64,000 bases of DNA from Bacteroidota bacterium (GTDB lineage Bacteria; Bacteroidota; Ignavibacteria; Kapaibacteriales; HRBIN21). A model generated the notes under the pieces. It was not told the origin of the DNA and made no database searches. It was given only the letters and a program-made list of their open reading frames with translations. Numbering within the stretch: position 1 is the first letter of the stretch; the number at the start of each line of letters is the position of its first letter. Position numbers and translations under genes: made by a program. This document shows positions 30,744 through 38,416 of this stretch, piece after piece. The stretch covers positions 69,571 through 133,570 of the forward strand of contig JAUQPR010000003.1 of the NCBI GenBank assembly GCA_030550275.1, written 5' to 3'.

Positions 30744-32051
30744 ATGCGCGCAAGCGCTGCAGCGGCAATCGCCCTCTATGGGCTCACCCTCTTTGCCCAG
30801 GAGCCCCCGGTGCTCCTGCGCGATCTGCGCATCTACGGTGGCACGGACGAGACCGCTCCCCCAATCCTCCAGCTCCCCTCGGAGGAGGCGCCATTGGAGG
30901 CGCCGGGCTACCCGTTTGTAACCCTGGAGCTCGACGTTGAAAGCCCGCTTCCGCCGGCGCTTCTGGCTCGGTTGGTCCACTGCCGTCCAGACTGGCAGGA
31001 GAGCCAAAATGTCTTCCTCGCCTTCGGTCTTGCGGGCACAACGCTCTTCTCCTGGGAGAGCGCTCCTGCCCCTTCGAGCTTCTACACCTACCGAGGGCGG
31101 CTTCGACTGCCCAACGCACAGCTCTCGGTGCCGTATGCGGGCAATTGGAAGGTGCTCCTCTACGACGCCCGAGCCCCAACGACCCCATTGGCGGAAGCTC
31201 GCTTCTTCGCTGTCAAGCCCGCAGCGGAGTGCCGTGTAACGGTGTACGCGGACCTCTATACGGCATCCCCCGGCGTTAGCCCTGCTGCGGTGACTGTGGA
31301 AGCCTGGGTCCGCCCCCTTTCGGCTCGCCGTACCGACCGCCGCCTCCATACGGTGGTCTTCTACCGCAACCACCGCTGGTGCGAGCCGTACGTGGTCACC
31401 CAGGATGCCCGAATCGCCGACACGCGCCAGCTCTACAGCACGGGCTACCGCAGCAGTATCTCTGGGATGCTCCCGGCAGGGAAGCTCTTCCGGGTGGAGC
31501 AGCTCCCGGCGCAGAACGAGTACCGAGTGCTGGACCTGAGCAATCCCGCACAGTTCCCTCCCGGTGCTGCTCAGCCCATCCGGCTCCCCATGGCGGATCT
31601 GCGCCGCCGGGGCAACTTCTGGGAGTTCGCCGATGATGGTGCCCTCCGCTCCGCCCATCTTCCTCCGCATCTGCAGGACTACATTCCCGTGGAGTTCATC
31701 CTCGACCCCGAAGGCGCCCCACCCAGCGCGCAGGAGCTCTTCCTGGTGGGCTCCTTCAACCACTGGTGTCCTTCGGCACAGTGGCAGCTTGCCTGGGATG
31801 AGCAGGAGGGCGTCTACCGGCTCCGACAGTTGCTGCGGCGCGGGCGCCACAACTACCTCTACGCCACCGGTCGGCTCAACGCCGACACACGCCAGGTCGA
31901 AGCGCTCGATTTCACCGAATGGGAGGGCAACACGACCGCTGCGCGGCACACCTTCTTTGCCTTCGTGTACTACCTGGAGCCCGATTTCGGCGGCTACGAT
32001 GCCCTCATCGCCGTCGGAGCCGCCAGTATCTACGGTCCGCTCCGCCGCTAA
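30744..32051 (+). CDS. DUF5103 / T9SS plug-like protein
   Basis: HC..DW.ES, GNW, NEYR.LD, G.FNHW, GRHNYLY and EGN...FVYY...GGYDALI match the DUF5103 pattern as I recall it. Confidence 0.7.
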   Translation: MRASAAAAIALYGLTLFAQEPPVLLRDLRIYGGTDETAPPILQLPSEEAPLEAPGYPFVTLELDVESPLPPALLARLVHCRPDWQESQNVFLAFGLAGTTLFSWESAPAPSSFYTYRGRLRLPNAQLSVPYAGNWKVLLYDARAPTTPLAEARFFAVKPAAECRVTVYADLYTASPGVSPAAVTVEAWVRPLSARRTDRRLHTVVFYRNHRWCEPYVVTQDARIADTRQLYSTGYRSSISGMLPAGKLFRVEQLPAQNEYRVLDLSNPAQFPPGAAQPIRLPMADLRRRGNFWEFADDGALRSAHLPPHLQDYIPVEFILDPEGAPPSAQELFLVGSFNHWCPSAQWQLAWDEQEGVYRLRQLLRRGRHNYLYATGRLNADTRQVEALDFTEWEGNTTAARHTFFAFVYYLEPDFGGYDALIAVGAASIYGPLRR

Positions 32052-33358
32052 CGCCGCAGCGCCAGCAGCTCGACCAGCATCTGGTCGCTGACGCTCATCG
32101 TGCGTGCCGCTGCCTCAAACGCCCGCTGTGTGGCGATGAGGTCGCTGAACTCCTCGGTCAAATCCACATTCGACTCCTCCAGTGCCCCCCCGACGACCTG
32201 GACGCTGGGGAAGCTCTCGCCAGCCGTGCCGAAGATCGGCGCACCACTGCTGGGCGATAGCGCGAGCAGATGCTCCCCTTGCCGCAGCAGCCCCTCCGGA
32301 TTGGGAAACTTCGCCACCACGAGCTGCGCCAGGACCTCCGACCGCCCGTTACTGAAGCTCCCGATGAGCCTGCCCGCAGCATCAACGCTGATGCCGAGCA
32401 GCTCACCGGCGGTGTACCCATCCTGCTCAACTACCTGCACGGTGCTCTGCCCGGCAAAATGCGTCAACCCAGCAAGCGGATTGCTGGCTGAGCTGAGCTC
32501 CACCGTTACCGACTTCGTGGCATCGAAGAGCTCCGCGCCGCCGAGGGCTGCGTTGAGCTCGCTCCCTGCCAGGGCAATCGTGAGCGGGGAGCTGAGCGTC
32601 CCATCGGCGGCAAACTGCACCGGGCTTGCCCCCGCAGGCAAGGTCACCGCCGAACCGTCCAGAGTAACGCTCAGCTCGAATTCGTTCGGTGTTGCGGTCT
32701 TGCGGAACTCCAGGCGCAATACGTGCGTCCCTCCGCGCACGTCGTAGATGACCGCGCTAACGGCAACGGACTCCCCTTCTGCCAGGCTTGTGCTCAAATT
32801 CCCGCTGAGCCGGACCCGTTCGGTCTGGTGCGGTGGAGACTGCAGCCCCGGCGGGATCTGAATTGTGCCCAACTGGCGAGAGAGGACCGCTCTACCGGAA
32901 GCATCGCGCACAATGCGTCCCCCAGCGGTCTGCACTACGTACCCTTGCACGAACGCTCCCGAGGCGCTCTCCACCAGATTCCCCGCAGCATCCAACGCAA
33001 AGCTCCCTGCACGCGTGAAGTACATCTGCCCCTGTGCCCGCACCACGAAGAAGCCCTCGCCCTGTAGCGCCACATCCAGGGGGCGTCCCGTATACGTGAG
33101 CGTGCCCTGAGACAGATCCCGAACCACCGCGGCGAAGCGAACCCCGTTGCCGATTTGCAGCGGATTCGTCCCACCGACCTCTACGCCTGCAGCGCTGCCC
33201 AGCCCAAACCGCAGCGCCAATGCCTCGGCGAACAGCGCCCGCGACGCCTTGTAGCCAATCGTGTTGACGTTGGCGATGTTATCGGCAATGACCGCCAAGC
33301 GGCGCTGATGCGCCTGAAGCGACGACCGCGCCGAGTTCATCGAATGAAGCAACGCCAT
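32048..33358 (-). CDS. flgE: Flagellar hook protein FlgE
   Basis: IADNIANVNTIGYK, TGRPLDVALQGEGFF, FTRAGSF and LEESNVDLTEEFSDLIATQRAFEA. Length is consistent with a hook protein. Confidence 0.93.
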   Translation of the reverse strand: MALLHSMNSARSSLQAHQRRLAVIADNIANVNTIGYKASRALFAEALALRFGLGSAAGVEVGGTNPLQIGNGVRFAAVVRDLSQGTLTYTGRPLDVALQGEGFFVVRAQGQMYFTRAGSFALDAAGNLVESASGAFVQGYVVQTAGGRIVRDASGRAVLSRQLGTIQIPPGLQSPPHQTERVRLSGNLSTSLAEGESVAVSAVIYDVRGGTHVLRLEFRKTATPNEFELSVTLDGSAVTLPAGASPVQFAADGTLSSPLTIALAGSELNAALGGAELFDATKSVTVELSSASNPLAGLTHFAGQSTVQVVEQDGYTAGELLGISVDAAGRLIGSFSNGRSEVLAQLVVAKFPNPEGLLRQGEHLLALSPSSGAPIFGTAGESFPSVQVVGGALEESNVDLTEEFSDLIATQRAFEAAARTMSVSDQMLVELLALRR

Positions 33359-33385
33359 TGTGCGTACCCGCAACTGGTGGAACAT

Positions 33386-34060
33386 TCATCGCCGACGAAC
33401 CTCCAGGACTGCCGAGAGCGGAACCTCAATTCCGCCAAGCCGGAGATAGGCGCCATCGGCAGCAAATCTGACCGCTTCCACAACACCTTCGACGAACGCG
33501 CCCAGCTCCTGTTCCCCACCCGTCTCCATCGTTGCCACGATCCGAATGCGGTACTCCCCTGCCGGGAGCCGATTCCCCGCCGCATCTGTGCCATCCCATT
33601 CAAACCACTGCTCTCCTGCCGATACCCCACGCCGCTCCACAGAGCGCAGCACCCGACCATCGGACGCCAGGACCTCCATCCGCACTGCTGCAGTGCCTTG
33701 GGGAACTTCGCAGCCCACCCGTACCGAACCCTGCACTCCCAGCAGGAGCTTTCCAGTCTCTGCCCGCACTGTACTGCCCAGCAACGCCGGTGCAGAAGCA
33801 CTCCCGATGCCCTCCATGAGCGCTGAGAGTTGCCCCACCTCCAGCTCCATCAACTGCCGCATGGAGAGGAGCTGCTCCAATTGCGAGAACACCGCCAGTT
33901 GGGCTGCCAGCTCCTGCCCGTCGTACGGGCGCACGGGGTTTTGGAGTCGGAGCTGCATGGTCAGCAGCTTCAGGAATGCATCCCTGCCCATCTCCGTGCG
34001 CTGGGGCTGGAGAGCCTTCGTCGAGAGCGATTGTGGTGCAATTGCATCAACCCTTGGCAT
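33386..34060 (-). CDS. flgD: Flagellar hook capping protein FlgD
   Basis: FLKLLTMQLRLQNP, AQLAVFSQLEQL and WDGTDAAGNRLPAGEY. Confidence 0.92.
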   Translation of the reverse strand: MPRVDAIAPQSLSTKALQPQRTEMGRDAFLKLLTMQLRLQNPVRPYDGQELAAQLAVFSQLEQLLSMRQLMELEVGQLSALMEGIGSASAPALLGSTVRAETGKLLLGVQGSVRVGCEVPQGTAAVRMEVLASDGRVLRSVERRGVSAGEQWFEWDGTDAAGNRLPAGEYRIRIVATMETGGEQELGAFVEGVVEAVRFAADGAYLRLGGIEVPLSAVLEVRRR

Positions 34061-35075
34061 GGACTGCTCCCGTGGAGGGTGTCACATCTTGGCTTGTCGC
34101 GGCAGCGGCGTTCCGATGCCACCGGAAGGAGGACACAAACCGATGGCGCTCCCGGTACTCCTGCGCATCGGGATTACCCTGAGGGAGAGATCCGCCGGAG
34201 AAGCCCATCTCCGAAGAGCGGACCCGCACCTCCAGCAGCTCCAACCGAAGTTGTCGTCCCGCAAGCATCCGCTCCAGCTCTGCGGTATTGCTGCCCAAGG
34301 TCCGCCCCAGCTCGCTGGATTCCGTCTCCGCTTGCACTCGGACGGAATCCTCCGCCACCGCCACCGATAAGGCGAGAGTGCCCCACTGGGGCAACTCTAC
34401 CCGCATGTGCGCAACCGCTGGGGGATGCTCGCTGCGCCCCGCTGCTGCGCTCCGCATGAGCTCCTGCAGAAAGAGCGTCCGGAGCTGCATCTCCAAAGCG
34501 TGCTGCCCGGTTACGCCTTGCAGTGTCGGTGGACTCCCTTGCTCCGAGCCTACCGCACCACTCGCCGTGCTCATGGCAGAGAATGCTCCCGCGTGCACTC
34601 CCTGGAGCCCATCGGCTCCGTTCGGTGGAGCAAATTCTCCGAACCTCGCCTGCGCTTCTCCTTGACCGCCTTCCGGCAAGAGCACCTCGGCAGCTGGATT
34701 CGCCTGGGAGGTCTCCGGACCGGATGCCTGAGGGTCCGCAGGCTGGGCAGCCCCCAAGGGGTTGTCCATGAGTGCCTGCCCGAGCCCACATTCGGGCTTG
34801 TGGAATGCCCTCGCCGTTTGGTGTGGAAACCCAAATCCAGCGTCTCCGTTGGGAACCGCCGTCGGTAGAGCAGAAGCCGTAGCGCCAGGAGCAGCGCCCT
34901 CCCCTCCGGGCAGGATGCGCGGGAGCATCTGCATTGCCTGCAGCAGTGCAGCAAACCCGTACGCGTTCTCTCCTACAGGCTCCCCCTGCTGCGACGGCGT
35001 CCTCGTCCCGCCGAACGGCTGGCTTCGTGGCAGCTCTCCACCCCAGCGGATGTGCATCCTGCACCGTTGGCTCAT
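34047..35075 (-). CDS. fliK: Flagellar hook-length control protein FliK-like
   Basis: Low-complexity A/P/G/Q N-terminal region, a C-terminal LP.WG.L.LSV...VRV...L...L..L FliK-like domain, and position directly upstream of flgD. Confidence 0.7.
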   Translation of the reverse strand: MSQRCRMHIRWGGELPRSQPFGGTRTPSQQGEPVGENAYGFAALLQAMQMLPRILPGGEGAAPGATASALPTAVPNGDAGFGFPHQTARAFHKPECGLGQALMDNPLGAAQPADPQASGPETSQANPAAEVLLPEGGQGEAQARFGEFAPPNGADGLQGVHAGAFSAMSTASGAVGSEQGSPPTLQGVTGQHALEMQLRTLFLQELMRSAAAGRSEHPPAVAHMRVELPQWGTLALSVAVAEDSVRVQAETESSELGRTLGSNTAELERMLAGRQLRLELLEVRVRSSEMGFSGGSLPQGNPDAQEYRERHRFVSSFRWHRNAAAATSQDVTPSTGAVHAKG

Positions 35076-35088
35076 CCTGCAGCCGAAG

Positions 35089-35116
35089 TTATCGGCAGCC
35101 TCCGGCGAAAACTAAA
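35089..35116 (-). promoter_or_regulatory. Sigma28 (FliA)-type promoter
   Basis: The minus strand reads TTTAGTTT-N12-GCCGATAA, against the consensus TAAAGTTT-N11-GCCGATAA. It ends 13 nt before the fliK-like ATG. Confidence 0.65.
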
Positions 35117-35122
35117 GCCCAA

Positions 35123-35560
35123 TCACGGCTGTGGGGGAAGCCGACCGTGCCGTGCGTCGTTTTGAAGCTGCTTGAGCCAGAAGAGGTCGTGCGCCAAGTC
35201 CACCAGGTTTCGCACCGCGCCCTGTGTCATGAGCAGGTAGACCTCCTGGAAGCGCTGGCAAACCTCCTCCGGTGCCCACGGGAGAAGGCGCTCCAGGAGC
35301 TGCCGGAGCACCGCAACGCTTTCGGCAAAGCTCTCCTCGACGCTTCGGTACCCCTCTTGCCCTGGCGCAAGGCGCTTCCAGATTCGGTAGACCCGCCACA
35401 GCGAAGCCCCGGCGAAGATGATCTCGTTGGCAAACTCCGCTGCGTCATGCTGTGCTGCAAGCTCCAGAATCACCCCGAGGTCGCCAGGCTTGCGCAGGGA
35501 GTTGTTTGCATACGCCTGCAGGTACGCTACGACCGCTTCCGTGTCGGCAGAGAGCTTCAT
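35123..35560 (-). CDS. Hypothetical alpha-helical protein
   Basis: 145-aa ORF with protein-like composition, tightly packed in the minus-strand gene run. No motif recognised. Confidence 0.7.
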   Translation of the reverse strand: MKLSADTEAVVAYLQAYANNSLRKPGDLGVILELAAQHDAAEFANEIIFAGASLWRVYRIWKRLAPGQEGYRSVEESFAESVAVLRQLLERLLPWAPEEVCQRFQEVYLLMTQGAVRNLVDLAHDLFWLKQLQNDARHGRLPPQP

Positions 35561-35561
35561 C

Positions 35562-36149
35562 TCAGTACTGCAGCGCTCGGAGAACTCCGGTAAACAGACG
35601 CTCCTGCTCCTCCGGTGCCGGAGGTTCGATCGGACGCAGCTTCAACGGGAGCAACACGACCTCGTAGACGTTCCCCGCCGAGGAGACGAACACCGCTGCC
35701 CGCGCCTCCACACCCTCCTGGGCAAAGCGGTAGGTTACAAAGGTCCTGGGACCAATTCGCAGCAACTGGTAGTCTCCACTCAGCTTCACCCCAGCACCGG
35801 TCCGGCGGAGCCGGCGCTGGAAGCTCTCCTGCGCCAACTGCAGGAGGTCGTACGTGGCGACCTGCCCCGGCGAGCCGGAACGCACGAATACCAGCACCAG
35901 TCCGAGGGTGTACTCCGGGTTCACCGCCGTCGCCACCACGCCGGCAGGGGCAAGCTCCCCCAGCTCCAGTGTAATCCACCCCTCCGGCAGGAACAGCAGG
36001 ACATCCTCCCCAGGCGAGCGCACGGGGTCCTCCGATAGCGGAATCCCGGGCTCCGGCGAGAGCTCAGCTACCCACGACGGTCCCGTTGGCTGCCGCATCA
36101 GCAGCGCGCACCCTGCGAGCAGCACCAACGTCAGTACGGCAGCTCTCAT
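35562..36149 (-). CDS. Hypothetical lipoprotein
   Basis: MRAAVLTLVLLAGC lipobox. Overlaps the upstream gene by 4 nt. Confidence 0.7.
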   Translation of the reverse strand: MRAAVLTLVLLAGCALLMRQPTGPSWVAELSPEPGIPLSEDPVRSPGEDVLLFLPEGWITLELGELAPAGVVATAVNPEYTLGLVLVFVRSGSPGQVATYDLLQLAQESFQRRLRRTGAGVKLSGDYQLLRIGPRTFVTYRFAQEGVEARAAVFVSSAGNVYEVVLLPLKLRPIEPPAPEEQERLFTGVLRALQY

Positions 36150-36802
36150 CGCTGGACCTTGGAGGTGCACATCCTCTCCCCGGCCCGGATGGGGATGGGA
36201 AGCCGATTCTCTGCCGGAACCACTGGGCAGGCGTACTCCTCGTTGTAAGCGCAGTAGGGATTGAAGGCGCGGTTGAAGTCCAGCACGTACTCCTCCTCCC
36301 CAGGCTCCTCCTGCAGCTCCAAATACCGCCCTCCGGCGTAGGTCTCTTGCCCAGTGGTAGCATCGGCGAAGGGAATAAACAGCAGCCCGCCCTCCTCCAG
36401 GGGCTTGTACACTGTCAACGACAGCACCGTATCCCCCAGGGGGAAGAGGAGGCGACCGTACCGCAGCATCCGATGCCGATATCCGGCACGTGTGGAAGCG
36501 AGCTCAACGGTATCCAGGCGCTGGAAGCGCTGCAGTGCCGCCGGGAGGACGTATTCCCTCGTCGGCGGGTAGTAGCACAGCCCCGCAAAGTGCCGCCGCT
36601 GTGGGAGCGGGATGGGGGAATCCGGCGCACTCCGAAACGCCTCATCCTTGAGCCGTCGTTCGGTCAGCACCTCCAGCGAATCCCACTCAGGCTCCAGCGA
36701 TTCCTCTCCGCTCCGGCTGTCATCGGCGCACCCAGGAGCTTCCCACAACAGCACGACCAAGAGGGCGCCAGGGCACAGCGTTTTCCACAGGCTTTTCCAC
36801 AT
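36146..36802 (-). CDS. DUF1684 domain protein
   Basis: LFIPFADATTGQETYAGGRYL and LDFNRAFNPYCAYN..YACP..P.ENRL. The start (36802 or 36808) overlaps DnaA boxes. Confidence 0.88.
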   Translation of the reverse strand: MWKSLWKTLCPGALLVVLLWEAPGCADDSRSGEESLEPEWDSLEVLTERRLKDEAFRSAPDSPIPLPQRRHFAGLCYYPPTREYVLPAALQRFQRLDTVELASTRAGYRHRMLRYGRLLFPLGDTVLSLTVYKPLEEGGLLFIPFADATTGQETYAGGRYLELQEEPGEEEYVLDFNRAFNPYCAYNEEYACPVVPAENRLPIPIRAGERMCTSKVQR

Positions 36803-37016
36803 CCTCACACCAAGTTTTCCACACAGGTGTGGAAAGCGCGGAGGTTATCCACATCGCCCCCCTGCGCGCGTATTTTCCACAGGCGTATCCCCACGAATTC
36901 CACACAGCATTCGGGCAGAGCCTGGGCTGTCCAATTCATTGTCCAACATTGGGATAGGCGGAGCCGGCATCCGGTTTTCCACATTTCCACAGCTCCTCTC
37001 ATCGCCACATTCCACA
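36781..37016. other. Probable chromosomal replication origin (oriC), DnaA-box cluster
   Basis: TTTTCCACA at 36781, 36793, 36815, 36873 and 36975. TTATCCACA at 36845. Inverted CTTTCCACA at 36828-36836. ATTTCCACA at 36983, AATTCCACA at 36896 and CATTCCACA at 37008. The plus strand appears to switch from C-rich to G-rich across this point. Confidence 0.85.
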
Positions 37017-37025
37017 AGGAAGCAC

Positions 37026-38291
37026 TCACCGGATGATGTCAAAGCCGCAGTAGGGGCGGAGAGGCTCAGGGATGCTGATAGCTCCGTCAGGAGTCTGGCA
37101 CTGCTCCAACAGGGCAACCATCAAGCGAGGCGTTGCCAAACCGCTTCCATTGAGCGTATGGACAAAGCGCGGTTTCTCGCCCGGAGCTGGGCGGTATCGG
37201 ATTCCGGCGCGCCGGGATTGGAAATCCTCGAAATTGGAGCAGCTTGAAACCTCCAACCACCGCTGCTGGCAGGGCGACCAAACCTCCAGGTCGTAGGTCT
37301 TCGCGCTGGCAAATCCTAAGTCACCAGCGCAGAGCACAACAACGCGGTAGACCAACCCCAAGGCTTGGAGCAGCTCCTCTACTTCGGCAACCAGCTTCTC
37401 CAGCTCCTCGTACGACTCCTCAGGGCGGCAGAATTTGACCAACTCGACCTTGTTGAACTGGTGCATTCGGACCAACCCGCGGGTCTCGCGCCCGTAGCTT
37501 CCGGCTTCGCGGCGGAAGCACGCAGAGTAGCCGCAGAGCTTAATTGGGAGCTTCTCAGCGGGGAGGACCTCGTCGGCGTAGTAGTTCGTCAAGGGGACTT
37601 CGGCGGTGGGGATGAGATAGAGGTCATCGTGCTCGATGTGGTACATGTCCTCCCGAAGCTTGGGGAGTTGTCCGGTGCCCTGCATTGCCTTAGGGGTGAC
37701 CAGGAAGGGCGGGAAGACCTCCTGGTATCCATGGCGCTGGATGTGGAAATCGAGCATGAAGTTGAGCAGCGCCCGCTCCAATTGAGCCCCCTTTCCGGTG
37801 TAGAACACGAAGCCGCTTCCGCTGACCTTTGCGGCGCGGGGGAAGTCCAGCAACCCCAGGTGGGAGGCGATTTCGAGATGGTCCCTCCGAAACTCCTTCG
37901 GCTGTGGAGTGCCCCAGCGGCGGACCTCTACGTTCGCCTCCTCTGTTGCCCCATCGGGGACGCTGGGATGTGGAAGGTTGGGCAGTAGCAGGAGCCGCTC
38001 GTTGAGCTGGTGCTCCACCTCCTGAAGCTCGTCCTCCATGGAACGGAGCTGTTCGGCGATCGCCTTGAGAGAGGCGAGCAGCTCTTCGCAGGGTTGCCCC
38101 TGCTGGCGGCGCCGAGCAACTTCGTTCTGCGCGGACTTCCGCTGGTGGCTGAGCGATTCGATCTGGCGCAGGAGTTCGCGCCGCCGGGAATCCAACTGCA
38201 GGATCTCCTCCAGGTCGTAGGAGTCTCCACGCCGGCGGAGCTGTGCGGCGATCTCCTCCGGGCGCTCACGGATGAGCTTCAGGTCGAGCAT
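37026..38291 (-). CDS. serS: Serine--tRNA ligase
   Basis: MLDLKLIR, LIPTAEVP, FRREAG, HQFNKVE, EVSSCSN and HTLNGSGLA. Confidence 0.97.
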   Translation of the reverse strand: MLDLKLIRERPEEIAAQLRRRGDSYDLEEILQLDSRRRELLRQIESLSHQRKSAQNEVARRRQQGQPCEELLASLKAIAEQLRSMEDELQEVEHQLNERLLLLPNLPHPSVPDGATEEANVEVRRWGTPQPKEFRRDHLEIASHLGLLDFPRAAKVSGSGFVFYTGKGAQLERALLNFMLDFHIQRHGYQEVFPPFLVTPKAMQGTGQLPKLREDMYHIEHDDLYLIPTAEVPLTNYYADEVLPAEKLPIKLCGYSACFRREAGSYGRETRGLVRMHQFNKVELVKFCRPEESYEELEKLVAEVEELLQALGLVYRVVVLCAGDLGFASAKTYDLEVWSPCQQRWLEVSSCSNFEDFQSRRAGIRYRPAPGEKPRFVHTLNGSGLATPRLMVALLEQCQTPDGAISIPEPLRPYCGFDIIR

Positions 38292-38319
38292 TACTGCATC
38301 GTCGCAGTGGAAGAGGCAC

Positions 38320-38392
38320 CAAAAATACCAAACCGCGGCGGGCTTGCTGTCGGAAACAGGGCAGAGCAACGGCTTGCGCTTGTGTATTTTTG
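38320..38392. promoter_or_regulatory. Divergent TATTTTTG promoter pair (serS / pyk)
   Basis: TATTTTTG on the minus strand (38320-38327) and on the plus strand (38385-38392). Confidence 0.6.
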
Positions 38393-38416
38393 CTCGATGT
38401 TCCACAGGCAGTGCTC

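Noticed and set aside
36781..37016. Short repeats considered as a CRISPR array or plasmid iterons
   Set aside because: The repeats are 9-mers with irregular spacing that match the DnaA box. There are no 25-40-nt repeats with spacers and no cas or rep gene.
38398..38406. Single DnaA-box-like TGTTCCACA between serS and pyk
   Set aside because: It is an isolated one-mismatch 9-mer that could arise by chance and is not enough to call a regulatory site.
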